This document shows positions 30,545 through 41,335 of a stretch of 64,000 nt of DNA, piece after piece. Below the pieces are notes generated by a model. It saw only the letters and a list, made by a program, of their open reading frames with translations, was not told the DNA's origin and did no database searches. Origin of the DNA: an uncultured Flavobacteriales bacterium (GTDB lineage: Bacteria; Bacteroidota; Bacteroidia; Palsa-965); contig CAIQQJ010000131.1 of assembly GCA_903873905.1 (NCBI GenBank), forward strand, positions 96,490 to 160,489, read 5' to 3'. The first letter of the stretch is position 1, and the number at the start of each line of letters is the position of its first letter. The translations under genes were made by a program, and so were the position numbers.

Positions 30545-30683
30545 TTATTGAGAAAAATCCACTGCGAAGTTAAGGAAGAAAGGGACATGTTTCGAAGGGC
30601 AAAAATGGGAAAGGGAAAGAAAGTAATTACTAAAAATGTTCTAGTATTCTCTGTTAAGGTGTCGCTTGTGCAATATCCCCTTA

Positions 30684-31364
30684 CTAGAATTCAAATTTAT
30701 AACCGACTCCCTTAACTGTTTTGATAAAATCTTCTCCAATTTTTTCACGGAGTTTTCGGATGTGCACGTCAATGGTGCGATCACCCACAACAACTTCTTC
30801 TCCCCAAACTCTATTCAAAATTTCTTCACGTGCGAAAACTTTTCCTGGTTTAGAGGCAAGCAATGAAAGTAATTCAAATTCCTTTCGCGGTAAACTAAGT
30901 TCAACACCATCCTTAATTACGAGATAACTTTCGCGATCAATTCGCAAACCGCCCATGTCGAGAGATGCATTGTCTTTCCCCGTTTGATTTCTGCGAAGAA
31001 GTGCTTTAATTCTTGAAATGAGAACGCGAGGCTTGATTGGTTTATTAATATAATCATCAGCACCTGCATCAAATCCTGCTATGTGAGAATAATCTTCACT
31101 GCGTGCAGTAAGAAATGCAATGATAACGTCATCCATGCCCGGCGATGTTCGCAATTCTCTGCAAACCTCAATTCCATCCAAGCCAGGCATCATCACATCA
31201 AGCAAAACCAGATGAGGCAATTCCTTTTTTGCAATTCTAATCCCTTCATCGCCACTTGCCGCAGTGAAAACCTGATATCCTTCTTTTTTCAGATTGTAAC
31301 TGAGGAACTCAAGAATATCGAGTTCATCATCTACAATTAAAATTTTGTGTGAAAATGTTGTCAT
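30684..31364 (-). CDS. OmpR/PhoB-family DNA-binding response regulator
   Basis: A receiver domain (ILIVDDE...LLDVMMPGLDG) plus a winged-helix output domain (...VGYKFEF). The start is at internal MTTFSHK. It lies upstream of, and in the same operon as, the kinase. Confidence 0.88.
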   Translation of the reverse strand: MTTFSHKILIVDDELDILEFLSYNLKKEGYQVFTAASGDEGIRIAKKELPHLVLLDVMMPGLDGIEVCRELRTSPGMDDVIIAFLTARSEDYSHIAGFDAGADDYINKPIKPRVLISRIKALLRRNQTGKDNASLDMGGLRIDRESYLVIKDGVELSLPRKEFELLSLLASKPGKVFAREEILNRVWGEEVVVGDRTIDVHIRKLREKIGEDFIKTVKGVGYKFEF

Positions 31365-31738
31365 AATGTGGGCTTGAAGACTTAGCAAAGGTAATATAGT
31401 CCTCACACCTTACATGTTAACACAAGATTAATTTAAGGTCACCAGTATTATTCGCTGATTCTTGAATGTAGGGTAATACAATGCGTAAAAGCGTAAAATT
31501 ATAAATCAGAATCGTTACTTGCCTAACAGCCTGCAACATGCCATGATTACCCATTTTATAAGGTATTCTTTATACCAAAACTCTCCAACCGTACAATTTC
31601 AACTAAACTTTTCAAAATGCTTACAACCTGAATTTTACAAACAAACACTTTCCTTAACCTATTCGTAACACTTTCACTTCTTTTATGTTTGAAATTTGCG
31701 TTGTTCTAAAGAAATTTTTTGGAATAATTTCAACACAC

Positions 31739-32134
31739 ATGAAATCATTTTATTTTACTTTTCTAATTCTAGGTCTCTGTTTATTTTCCTGTAAACATCA
31801 ACCCGTAAACATTCCACATCATTCCACAAATGAATGCGACACTTTGAACGTTTCCTATTCAACAACTGTAAAACCAATTTTGTTGGGCAACTGTTATAAT
31901 TGCCATTCTACCTACTACGCAACAACAACTGGCGCACTTGATTTGGAAGATTGGAGTTCTCTTAAAAATTATCTCACATATACTTATCGCGGAGATAGTA
32001 TTTACGGTTCGAAATTTTATCATTCAATCAAACAAGTCGGACTCATTCAACCCATGCCTCCTGCGGGAAAACTTACAGATTGCGAAATTTCAAAAATTCA
32101 TTCCTGGATTATCTCAGGAGCACCTGCAAATTAA
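31739..32134 (+). CDS. small lipoprotein with CxxCH motif (PSCyt1-like cytochrome c-type domain)
   Basis: The lipobox is LFSC. The segment VKPILLGNCYNCHST...GALDLEDW matches the PSCyt1-type pattern (KPIL..C..CH....G.L.L). It sits directly upstream of a TonB-dependent receptor. Confidence 0.5.
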   Translation: MKSFYFTFLILGLCLFSCKHQPVNIPHHSTNECDTLNVSYSTTVKPILLGNCYNCHSTYYATTTGALDLEDWSSLKNYLTYTYRGDSIYGSKFYHSIKQVGLIQPMPPAGKLTDCEISKIHSWIISGAPAN

Positions 32135-32229
32135 AAAACCCAAACATCATTTTTTCAATATTCGTTTTCAATAAACATTTCAGAAGAAATACTTTTAAAA
32201 AAGCCTATTACAAGAAATCCGCCCTGTCA

Positions 32230-35091
32230 ATGAAAACTTTTTACATACTATTTCTTTTTTCAATCCTAACTTTTCTGTCTAATTCTTCTTTTGCACAAGT
32301 TGCACCGCAAACTGTAACTATTAGCGGAACCGTTTCCGATCAGAAGACAAGTGAATTATTAGGTGGAGTAATTGTATTTCTTGAAGGAACTGCGAAAGGT
32401 GCCGTAACCGATTTCGATGGAAAATACGAAGTGAAAAACATTACACCAGGAACTTATCGTTTACGTTTTTCAATGATCAATTATAAAACACAATTTATTG
32501 AAGGAATCGAAATTAAAGAGGGAACAAAAAATAGCGTGGTGAATGTTGTGATGGAACCATCTGTTTTCGAAGGTTCGGAAGTAGTAATTAAAGATGTTCG
32601 CAGAACTAATACAGAAGCAAGTGTTGTCAATGAAATTCACGAGGCAAAAGCTGTTGTGAGTGGTGTATCAGGCGCGCAAGCACAAAAATCGCAGGATGCT
32701 GATGCAGGCGCGGTTGTAAAACGTATACCCGGCGTAACCATCATTGACAATCGTTTCATTATGGTTCGCGGATTGAATGAGCGCTACAATTCCGTTTGGT
32801 TGAATGATGCAGGAGCTCCTAGTATGGAAACAGATAAACGCGCTTTTTCATTCGAGATGATTCCAACTGGAATGCTCGACAGAATTTTGATTTTCAAAAC
32901 TCCTTCACCTGAATTGCCTGCAGATTTCGCTGGAGGAATGGTGAAAATTTACACCAAAGCATTTCCAGACAAAAGAATGATTGCTGTTTCTTATTTAACA
33001 TCCGATCGTTCAGGAACAACATTCAAACCATTTGCCTCAACGCAAGGAAGTTCAACAGACAAGTGGGGATTTGATAATGGTTTTCGTTCAATGCCTGCAA
33101 GTGCCCCAGAATATTTCAATCACAGTGATGCTCAAAACAATGCTCAAACCAAGGCATTTCAGAATGATTGGGGAATAAATAATAAATCAGCAATGCCTGA
33201 TCAACGTTTCAGCATTATGTATGCACAGCCTTTTCACTTGAAAAAAGGAATGCTGCTTGGCAATACATTCGGAGTAAGTTATTCCAATACATTTTCATCC
33301 TACACTGTTCATCGTCAGGATTGGGATTCGCTCGTTCAAATGCAGGATTATTCAGATGCGCAAAGCACACACACAATAAGGACAAATGCAATTGAAAACT
33401 TCTCCATGCTTTTCGGGAACAATAAACTAGAATTTAAAAATTTGATTAATCAGCAGGGACGAGAATGGGTAACACAACGCGTCAGTAATTTTGAGAATGG
33501 TCCGAATGAAAAAGCATTTGTGGAAGGATACGAAAGCAGATTAATTTATTCTTCACAACTATGCGGCGATCACAAATCTAAAACAGGAAATACAGAATAC
33601 AATTGGTCTGCTGGATATGCTTACACAGAAAGAAACGCTCCAGATTTGCGCAGAATAAAATATACGAAAGCACGTACCGCTCCAGACTCGATGTATTCTG
33701 CTGCCATTGCAAATGTTGTTGATCCAGTAAATGGCGGCGGAAGATTTTACGCATGGCAAAACGAAAGAATGTTTTCATTCAACCAGAATTTTAGGCAAAC
33801 AATTTACATCGGGAAAAAAGATTCAATTGATAAACGATATCATTTCATTTTGAATATTGGAACTTATGCAGAATATAAATCAAGACAATTCATTGCACGT
33901 GTGTTGGGTTACACCATCAATCCAGGAGCATTGGCATTTGATTTAAAACGTTTGCCACTTGACCAGATTTTCGCTGACCAGCATGTTGGAATTCCCGGCG
34001 GATTCAAAATGGATGAAATTACCAGCGCTTCAGATAAATACCAAGCGCAAAACACGCAGATGGCCGGATATATTTCTGCTGATCTTCCAATTGGAAAAAA
34101 AATTGAAGTCATAGGTGGTGCACGTTATGAATACAATCAACAAGCACTACAGAGTTTTGTAAATATTGATAGTATAAGTCCGATGGTAAACACACGTTTT
34201 TTGTTGCCATCCGTGAATGCAACTTATAATTTCACTGATAAATCATTACTGCGTTTGGCATATGGAAAAACTGTCAATCGTCCAGAATTTCGTGAGTGGT
34301 CGCCATTTTATTTTTATGACTTTGATTTTAATGCGGGAACATATGGTTCACTATATCCATCAGTTATTGCGGAGCACGGGCAAATTCTCAAAGTTGCACA
34401 AGTTGACAATTACGATTGTCGTTTTGAATATTACCCAGGTTTTGCGGACCTCATTCAGGTTGGTGTTTTTTACAAATCATTCATTAATCCAATTCAGCAA
34501 ATCATTCTTCCATCTGGTGGAACTGACAGTCGTGCATTTTCATTTACCAATGGCGACAAGGCAACTGTTGAAGGGATTGAATTTGACATGCGAAAAAATC
34601 TTTCTGGAATTGATTCTTTGTTGAACACCAGTATTTTCGGAGACTTCAGCATTGTTGCAAATTTTTCATTGATAAAAAGCAAATTGCAAATTTCTCAAGT
34701 AATCAATCAGGCAACATCAAATCCATTGCAGGGGCAATCGCCGTATGTTGTGAATGGTGGCCTTTATTATCAAAATGATTCCATTGGATTACAGGCCAAT
34801 CTCCTTTATAATGTTTTTGGTCCGCGACTTTTTCTTGTTGGAACATTGGATTATGCGAATATCGGTGAGCTTCCTAAACCATCTTTGGATTTTACGGTTT
34901 CACAAAAAATTTGGAAATCATTTTCAGTGACTTTTGGAATTCAAGACATCCTGAATAAACCCGTTCGACTTGTTCAAGACACGAATCGTAATGGGAAATT
35001 TGAAAAAAATGGCAATGATAAAGAAATCATGTCATACAAACGTGGATCCTATTTCACTTTTGGAATTCGAATGAATCTTTCCGGAAAATAA
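32230..35091 (+). CDS. TonB-dependent outer-membrane receptor with N-terminal carboxypeptidase-regulatory-like domain
   Basis: Signal peptide MKTFYILFLFSILTFLSNSSFA, then a CarbopepD_reg domain, a plug and a long barrel. The C-terminus ends in an aromatic (FTFGIRMNLSGK). Confidence 0.85.
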   Translation: MKTFYILFLFSILTFLSNSSFAQVAPQTVTISGTVSDQKTSELLGGVIVFLEGTAKGAVTDFDGKYEVKNITPGTYRLRFSMINYKTQFIEGIEIKEGTKNSVVNVVMEPSVFEGSEVVIKDVRRTNTEASVVNEIHEAKAVVSGVSGAQAQKSQDADAGAVVKRIPGVTIIDNRFIMVRGLNERYNSVWLNDAGAPSMETDKRAFSFEMIPTGMLDRILIFKTPSPELPADFAGGMVKIYTKAFPDKRMIAVSYLTSDRSGTTFKPFASTQGSSTDKWGFDNGFRSMPASAPEYFNHSDAQNNAQTKAFQNDWGINNKSAMPDQRFSIMYAQPFHLKKGMLLGNTFGVSYSNTFSSYTVHRQDWDSLVQMQDYSDAQSTHTIRTNAIENFSMLFGNNKLEFKNLINQQGREWVTQRVSNFENGPNEKAFVEGYESRLIYSSQLCGDHKSKTGNTEYNWSAGYAYTERNAPDLRRIKYTKARTAPDSMYSAAIANVVDPVNGGGRFYAWQNERMFSFNQNFRQTIYIGKKDSIDKRYHFILNIGTYAEYKSRQFIARVLGYTINPGALAFDLKRLPLDQIFADQHVGIPGGFKMDEITSASDKYQAQNTQMAGYISADLPIGKKIEVIGGARYEYNQQALQSFVNIDSISPMVNTRFLLPSVNATYNFTDKSLLRLAYGKTVNRPEFREWSPFYFYDFDFNAGTYGSLYPSVIAEHGQILKVAQVDNYDCRFEYYPGFADLIQVGVFYKSFINPIQQIILPSGGTDSRAFSFTNGDKATVEGIEFDMRKNLSGIDSLLNTSIFGDFSIVANFSLIKSKLQISQVINQATSNPLQGQSPYVVNGGLYYQNDSIGLQANLLYNVFGPRLFLVGTLDYANIGELPKPSLDFTVSQKIWKSFSVTFGIQDILNKPVRLVQDTNRNGKFEKNGNDKEIMSYKRGSYFTFGIRMNLSGK

Positions 35092-35342
35092 AAACTCGTT
35101 TTTCGATTTCAAAAATCAGATTTCGAAACAAAACACGTGTTACCTCAGCGTAACGACACGGAAATATTTTCTTTACAAACGCGGCTTCAACTTAACACTG
35201 CAAACGCATTAATCCCTCAATAGGTTAATGATGCGGCAAAATGCGGGTAATAATGCACAGATACATTTGTCCTGAATTAATAGAAGCAAAATTTACACAC
35301 AACCGCAAAAAGAAAAACAAAACTGAAAATCAAAAAAACAAA

Positions 35343-38300
35343 ATGAAAAGAAAACCATTACTCAAAATTGGAATTTTCCTGTCAATGCTAATAGCTGGCG
35401 TTTCAGGAAATACCTTGACGGCACAAAACGTCATAAATGTTCAGGACAGTATTTTTACAAATACACATTGGACAGCATGCAATCAGTATCTTTTGTTCGG
35501 TTATGTTTATGTAACAGCAGGACATACCTTGACTATCGATCCAGGAACAATTATTAAAGGTGATAAGAATACAAAAGGAACACTTATCATTGAGCGCGGA
35601 GCTACAATCATTGCTCAAGGAACAGTAGCTCAACCAATCGTATTTACCTCAAATCAGCCAATGGGAAATCGTACCTATGGCGATTGGGGTGGAGTAATTA
35701 TTTGTGGAAGAGCAGCAACAAATTGGCTTGCTGGACAACAACAGGTTGAAGGTGGACCACGTTCATTGTATGGAGGAAATCTTCCACACGATAACTCAGG
35801 TGTATTTTCATATTGCCGAATTGAATTTGGTGGTGTTGCTTTTTCTCCAAACAATGAAGTAAATGGTCTTACACTTTGTAGTGTTGGAGATGGAACAGTA
35901 TTGAATCACATTCAAGTTTCCTATTCTGGTGATGATTCATTCGAATGGTTCGGTGGAACATGTAACCTAAAATATATTGTTGCTTACAGAGGTTGGGATG
36001 ATGATTTCGACCAAGATTGCGGATGGAGAGGGCACGTACAATTTGCATTCGGTCTTCGCGATCCTTATGCAGCTGACGTATCCGGTTCAAAAGGAATGGA
36101 AATGGACAGCTACCAATCAGGTACAAAAACAGGATTAGCTGGAGATACTTCTGGTTGCACAATGCCAGTTTGGTCAAACGTTACTCTTGTTGGTCCAATG
36201 GTTAGTCCAACATCAACAGCTTATGATCCACAATTCGTTGCGGGAATTCACTCTCGTCGTGGAAACGGAACAAGTATTTTGAATTCGGTTATTGTCGGTT
36301 ATCCTTGTGGTGTTCTGTTTGATGAATCTTCTTCTTCATTCGGTTCAACTACACGTAACCTTGACATTCTTGGTTCAGCAGGAGATTCAATCATGCAATA
36401 TCGTGGTGATATCATTTGTGGAATTCCAACCATCAATACACCAACAAGAAAAGAAGTTGAATATGTAATCAATGCAGCACGCTCACTTACTCCAACAAGC
36501 GTTGAAGCAGATACAACAACTGGAACACCTTTTGCTCCAGCATCCGGTCCATTCAACTTTTTGCAGACATCCTCCTACCAAAATCATCTTTACGCAACAG
36601 AACAAACAGGAATTGCATTGCACAGCCCTTTCAACTTGGCCAATCCTGATCCGACACCAACCAGTGTTTCTGTTATTTGTTACAATTCAAAAACACTTGC
36701 ATCTATGCCTGGTGCACAATACACACGTTTTCTAGCGCATTATGGAAATTCGAATCCTTTCAGTAACGGAAGCGTATTCCCATTCAATCCAGCATTGCCA
36801 CTCAATACTGACACAACACAATGGTTGTCACATTACAATGCTCCAACAGCTTATCCAGTTTGGAACAGTGGTCGTGTTACAGCTGCAAATGGATTCTTCA
36901 CACCAACAAATTATGTTGGCGCTTTTGCAGGAACACAATCTACCAATGACAATTGGATGAACGGATGGTGTAATTTCAATCCAGTAAATACAGATTATTC
37001 CTTGACATCTGCTCCATTGGCTACTATTACTGCTGCTGGTTCAATTGTTATTTGTGCAACTGGTGGATCTGCAGTTTTAAATGCAAATTCTGGTTCTGGT
37101 TATACTTACCAATGGACATTAAACAATGTCAACATCAATGGTGCTACAACTCAGTCTTACAATGCAATTGTTGCAGGTTCTTATAAAGTAATCGTATCAA
37201 ATGCAACAGGATGTTCTACAACTTCTGCTCCTATTGTTGTTACTTCTTATGCACCCGCAATCTCAACAATCACTGCAGGTGGCCCAGTAACTTTCTGTCA
37301 AGGTGGAAATGTAACACTGACTGCTAATAATGCGTCTGCCTATAGCTGGAGCAATGGAGCAACAACACCATCCGTTTCTGCAAATACATCCGGAAATTAT
37401 TTGGTAACAATTACAGATGCAAATGGTTGTCAAGCGACTTCAGTTGCAACTGTTGTAACTGTGAATTCATTGCCAACTGCAAACATCACAGCAAGTGGAT
37501 CAACTACTTTCTGTATTGGTGACAGTGTAATTTTAACTGCAAATACTTCTACTTCTTATTTGTGGAGCAATTCTGCAACAACACAAAGCATCACTGTTTA
37601 CAATTCAGGTAACTATTCAGTTCAAGTTACGAATGCAAACGGATGTCAGTCTGCAGCTTCTTCAGCAATAACAGTTTCTGCAAGTTCATCACCTGCACCA
37701 ACTATCACAATCACAGGTAACACTTCACTTTGTCAAGGAAATACAGTAACACTTACTGCATCTAATTCTGACACCTACTTGTGGAGCAATTCTGCAACAA
37801 CACAAACAATTACAGTTGGCGCTTCTGGAACATACAACGTTACTGTTACAAACAGCAATGCTTGCAATGGAACAGGTGTTTCTTCAAATGTAATTGTAAC
37901 TGTTCACCCACTTCCAGTTGCGAGTTATACAACATCTGGAGTAATTCCTTCTGTAAATTTCAGTAACACTTCTACTGGTGCAAATACTTACATGTGGGAT
38001 TTCGGTGACTTCAGTACTTCATCACAAACAAGTCCAACACATACTTATTCAGGAAATGGTTCTTACAATGTTTGTCTAACAGCCATCACATCATTCGGTT
38101 GTGCTGATACAACTTGCGCACCATCACTGATCAACGTAGGTATCAACCAAGTTCAACCTGAATTGGAAAACACAATTCTTTATCCAAATCCTGCAACAGA
38201 GGAATTGAATATTGCAATGAATGTTCTTCAAGACAAAGACGTACAAGTTGTAGCTTACGATTGCACAGGAAAATTGATGATCAATGAAAATCGTTCACTC

Positions 38301-38417
38301 ACAAGTGGAAATAACATCTTCACATATGATGTTACCAATTGGGATAACGGAATTTACTTCGTACGTGTTACAGCAGGAACAACTGTGAACACAATGAAAG
38401 TAATGATCAACAGATAA
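35343..38417 (+). CDS. T9SS cargo surface protein: N-terminal beta-helix-like domain, about 7 SprB-type/Ig-like repeats, PKD domain, type-A T9SS C-terminal domain
   Basis: Start at MKRKPLLKIGIFLSMLIAG. The repeats are about 75 aa each (C..G..V.LTA......Y.WSN.ATT..I.V...G.Y.V.VT.ANGC). The PKD-like part is YMWDFGDFSTSS...SYNVCL. The tail is LYPNPATEELNIAM...GIYFVRV. Confidence 0.8.
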   Translation: MKRKPLLKIGIFLSMLIAGVSGNTLTAQNVINVQDSIFTNTHWTACNQYLLFGYVYVTAGHTLTIDPGTIIKGDKNTKGTLIIERGATIIAQGTVAQPIVFTSNQPMGNRTYGDWGGVIICGRAATNWLAGQQQVEGGPRSLYGGNLPHDNSGVFSYCRIEFGGVAFSPNNEVNGLTLCSVGDGTVLNHIQVSYSGDDSFEWFGGTCNLKYIVAYRGWDDDFDQDCGWRGHVQFAFGLRDPYAADVSGSKGMEMDSYQSGTKTGLAGDTSGCTMPVWSNVTLVGPMVSPTSTAYDPQFVAGIHSRRGNGTSILNSVIVGYPCGVLFDESSSSFGSTTRNLDILGSAGDSIMQYRGDIICGIPTINTPTRKEVEYVINAARSLTPTSVEADTTTGTPFAPASGPFNFLQTSSYQNHLYATEQTGIALHSPFNLANPDPTPTSVSVICYNSKTLASMPGAQYTRFLAHYGNSNPFSNGSVFPFNPALPLNTDTTQWLSHYNAPTAYPVWNSGRVTAANGFFTPTNYVGAFAGTQSTNDNWMNGWCNFNPVNTDYSLTSAPLATITAAGSIVICATGGSAVLNANSGSGYTYQWTLNNVNINGATTQSYNAIVAGSYKVIVSNATGCSTTSAPIVVTSYAPAISTITAGGPVTFCQGGNVTLTANNASAYSWSNGATTPSVSANTSGNYLVTITDANGCQATSVATVVTVNSLPTANITASGSTTFCIGDSVILTANTSTSYLWSNSATTQSITVYNSGNYSVQVTNANGCQSAASSAITVSASSSPAPTITITGNTSLCQGNTVTLTASNSDTYLWSNSATTQTITVGASGTYNVTVTNSNACNGTGVSSNVIVTVHPLPVASYTTSGVIPSVNFSNTSTGANTYMWDFGDFSTSSQTSPTHTYSGNGSYNVCLTAITSFGCADTTCAPSLINVGINQVQPELENTILYPNPATEELNIAMNVLQDKDVQVVAYDCTGKLMINENRSLTSGNNIFTYDVTNWDNGIYFVRVTAGTTVNTMKVMINR

Positions 38418-38452
38418 AATATCTAAAGAGTAAACCCTCTCTTTGGTTGTAA

Positions 38453-38495
38453 GAAAAGAGCCGCTTCCTATTAAGGGAGCGGCTCTTTTGAATTT
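38453..38495 (+). terminator. rho-independent terminator after the adhesin gene
   Basis: aaagagccgcttcctattaagggagcggctcttttgaatttt. Confidence 0.65.
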
Positions 38496-38647
38496 TATGA
38501 TGCTGATTGTTTATTGAAAAAAGACAGACCCTTCAAATTCCAAAATGGGCATGAGTACTATTTTCAATCAACAATAAAATAGAATCCTAACCTCCTCATA
38601 ATACTCAGACCATATTGAAACTTTACGTTTGCTTAAAGATTCCGACC

Positions 38648-39082
38648 ATGAACAAACAAGAAATAAAAATCCTCATCGTTGATGATGAGCCTGACATTAG
38701 GGAATTTGTTTCCTACAATCTTTTCAGAAGAGGCTACACTGTCATCACTGCGGCCGATGGAAAAGAAGGTTATGATCTGGCTTTGGAATTCAAACCAAAT
38801 CTTATTATCCTTGACGTTTTGATGCCGGTAATGAACGGATATGAAACGTGCATTCGTTTACGCAAGAATCCAATTTTCGATCAGACTAAGATTATTTTTC
38901 TTTCCGCATTAAACGAATCAACCGCAAAGGATCTTGGATTGGAATTAGAGGCAGATGCATTTATTGGAAAACCAATTAGAATAGAATTGTTGGTAAAACG
39001 AATTGAGCTTTGGTTGAAGACTTCCATTCCTGTCCCTGTGATTTCACCAAACTACAAACCAGCACAAGGACTCGGCAACTAG
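38648..39082 (+). CDS. single-domain response regulator (CheY-like receiver only); truncated paralog of the RR at 30684..31364
   Basis: Start at MNKQEIKILIVDDEPDIREFVSYNL. It is about 60% identical by eye to the receiver of the upstream PhoB-like RR. The ORF has no output domain. Confidence 0.8.
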   Translation: MNKQEIKILIVDDEPDIREFVSYNLFRRGYTVITAADGKEGYDLALEFKPNLIILDVLMPVMNGYETCIRLRKNPIFDQTKIIFLSALNESTAKDLGLELEADAFIGKPIRIELLVKRIELWLKTSIPVPVISPNYKPAQGLGN

Positions 39083-39196
39083 AATTGATAATCTGATTAT
39101 TCCAAATTGAATCTTCATTTTTTTTGCCCCCTTTGTAATGCATGCTATCATTTAATTTTATCGGGCAAACATTTTTTTCTAATGCCCAACTAATTC

Positions 39197-40150
39197 TTGA
39201 ATGCTTTTCATCAAAAGCAATTAAGAAACGTGAACATTGAATTGACTTACATCACACAACATGTTAATGTAAACGTTATTTCTCCTTCATCTTCCCTTGA
39301 CACAGAAGAGGGAAATTTGTTCAACAAAAACAAGGTGAACAAAAAACGATACAAAACAATTATTCTTTCAGATCTCCACCTGGGCACATCGACCTCCAAA
39401 GCGAAAGAAGTAAATCATTTTCTCAAACATCACAAGTGCGAAACACTCATCCTTAATGGAGATATTATTGATGGTTGGCAATTGAAAAAATCAGGTGAGT
39501 GGAAAAAGCAACACACCAAATTTTTCAAGCTTGTTCTAAAGCGTGCTTCAAAAGGAACAAAAATTATATATATCCGTGGCAATCATGATGATTTTCTAGA
39601 TGAAGTTCTTCCCTTTACAATGGGAAACTTTTCAATTCGCTTAGAGTATTATTTGCAATCAGGAAATAAAAAATATTATGTAGTGCATGGTGACATTTTC
39701 GATATGGTCACCACCAAATTGAAATGGCTGGCAAAACTTGGGGATGTTAGTTACACCTTTTTACTTTGGCTGAACAAACATTACAACAAACGTAGAGAAA
39801 GGCGCGGTCAACCTTACTATTCGCTTTCACAAGTCATCAAGGCAAAAGTCAAAAGCGCCGTCAGTTTCATTTCAGATTTCGAAACACAATTAGCTTCTGT
39901 TGCGAAAAAGAAAAACTGTGATGGGGTGATTTGCGGACACATTCACACACCCGCAAATAAAATGATAGGAGATATTCATTACCTCAACAGTGGTGACTGG
40001 GTAGAATCCTTAACAGCCCTAGTAGAAACATTTGAAGGAGAATGGAAAATAATTCATTACACAGAATGGCTTAATGAATTGAAGATGCAATTATCATATG
40101 AAGTGGAAGAGTCAACGGATAACATTCGTGAACTAACAAATAATTACTGA
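39197..40150 (+). CDS. LpxH-family metallophosphoesterase (UDP-2,3-diacylglucosamine pyrophosphatase-like)
   Basis: Motifs SDLHLG, GDIIDGW, GNHDD, HGD, GHIH and SGDW align with E. coli LpxH (ADLHL/GDLFEAW/GNRDF/HGD/GHTH/LGAW). The true start may be an internal GTG near 39335 (..VNKKRYKTIILSD). Confidence 0.7.
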   Translation: MNAFHQKQLRNVNIELTYITQHVNVNVISPSSSLDTEEGNLFNKNKVNKKRYKTIILSDLHLGTSTSKAKEVNHFLKHHKCETLILNGDIIDGWQLKKSGEWKKQHTKFFKLVLKRASKGTKIIYIRGNHDDFLDEVLPFTMGNFSIRLEYYLQSGNKKYYVVHGDIFDMVTTKLKWLAKLGDVSYTFLLWLNKHYNKRRERRGQPYYSLSQVIKAKVKSAVSFISDFETQLASVAKKKNCDGVICGHIHTPANKMIGDIHYLNSGDWVESLTALVETFEGEWKIIHYTEWLNELKMQLSYEVEESTDNIRELTNNY

Positions 40151-40151
40151 C

Positions 40152-41294
40152 ATGAAATCAAAAGTTCTATTTGTCGTACAAGGAGAAGGCCGTGGGCACA
40201 TGACGCAAGCGATTTCATTGCGGCAAATTCTCGAAAAAAATGGATTTGAAATTTGTGGTGCAATTGTGGGCACGAGTGAAAGGAGAACTATTCCTGATTT
40301 TTTTCACAAACAATTTTCAGGGATTCCTGTTGTGAGAATGCAAAGTCCAAATTTCGTTACAAAAAATAATCGTGGAATCAATATTGGAGCAACGGTTTGG
40401 CGCAACTTTGTTCGATTCGGAACGTACATTAAATCGGCGAATTTATTAAAACAAAAAGTTGCTGAATGGAATCCTGAAATTATTATCAACTTCTATGAAC
40501 CGATTGTCGGGTTGTATGCAAAAACAACTCACAAAAGCAAAAGACCACCCATCGTTTGCATCGCCCACCAATATCTTGGAGAACATCCTGATTTTGTTTT
40601 CCCAAAAGGCCATGCTATGGATCGAATTTTTCTAAAAAACTACACAAGCTTAACTTCTTCAGGAGCAGAAAGGATTCTCGCCTTGTCTTTTTCGCCAATG
40701 GGATATTCCGGTTATGAAAAATTAAAAGTTGTTCCGCCACTGCTACGGCAAGAAATAAAAACATTGTCGGTAAATAAGCGTGGCTATTATCTCTGCTACC
40801 TTGTCAATGCTGGATATCGAGATGATATAGAAAACTGGCACAAGAAAAATCCCGGCATCTGTTTGCATGTGTTCACTGACATGGAAACGGAAAAAGAATT
40901 CATTGAAGTGCATGAAAATCTTTTCTTTCACAAATTGAGTGATACCAAATTTCTAGAATACATGTCAGGTTGTAATGGTTTGATAAGCACTGCTGGCTTT
41001 GAATCCGTCTGTGAGGCATTTTATCTTGATAAACCTGTTTTTATGGTTCCTGTTGAAGGACAATTCGAACAATTGTGTAATGGTTTGGATGCTCAGCGTG
41101 CAGGAGTTGGAATTTATGATTTGAAATTTGATATTGGAAAGTTTTTGGATTGGTTGCCTAATCACAAATCTCAATCAAAAGCATTTCATCAATGGGAATC
41201 ATACGCGGAAAAACATTTCGTCAAAAATTTCAACGAAGTGCTCGAGGCAAATGCTCCGGCAGATCCGCTTACCTCCGAACTTCTTCCAGTTTAA
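40152..41294 (+). CDS. MGDG-synthase/UgtP-like glycosyltransferase (GT28 family)
   Basis: N-terminal VQGEGRGHMTQA resembles UgtP TANYGNGHVQVA. C-terminal GLISTAGFESVCEA...VPVEGQFEQLCNGL resembles UgtP KPGGITLTEA...PVPGQEKENANF. It begins 1 nt after the LpxH-like stop. Confidence 0.7.
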   Translation: MKSKVLFVVQGEGRGHMTQAISLRQILEKNGFEICGAIVGTSERRTIPDFFHKQFSGIPVVRMQSPNFVTKNNRGINIGATVWRNFVRFGTYIKSANLLKQKVAEWNPEIIINFYEPIVGLYAKTTHKSKRPPIVCIAHQYLGEHPDFVFPKGHAMDRIFLKNYTSLTSSGAERILALSFSPMGYSGYEKLKVVPPLLRQEIKTLSVNKRGYYLCYLVNAGYRDDIENWHKKNPGICLHVFTDMETEKEFIEVHENLFFHKLSDTKFLEYMSGCNGLISTAGFESVCEAFYLDKPVFMVPVEGQFEQLCNGLDAQRAGVGIYDLKFDIGKFLDWLPNHKSQSKAFHQWESYAEKHFVKNFNEVLEANAPADPLTSELLPV

Positions 41295-41335
41295 AAAGAA
41301 CATTACTCCTTCCTATTTTCACTTACTTCCCAAAT

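Noticed and set aside
32080-32229. Upstream in-frame extensions of several ORFs (32080, 35241, 41192, 23680, 14485, 18379, 28310)
   Set aside because: Internal ATGs give canonical signal peptides or family-typical N-termini, and they avoid overlap with upstream genes. The long extensions are ORF-finder artefacts.
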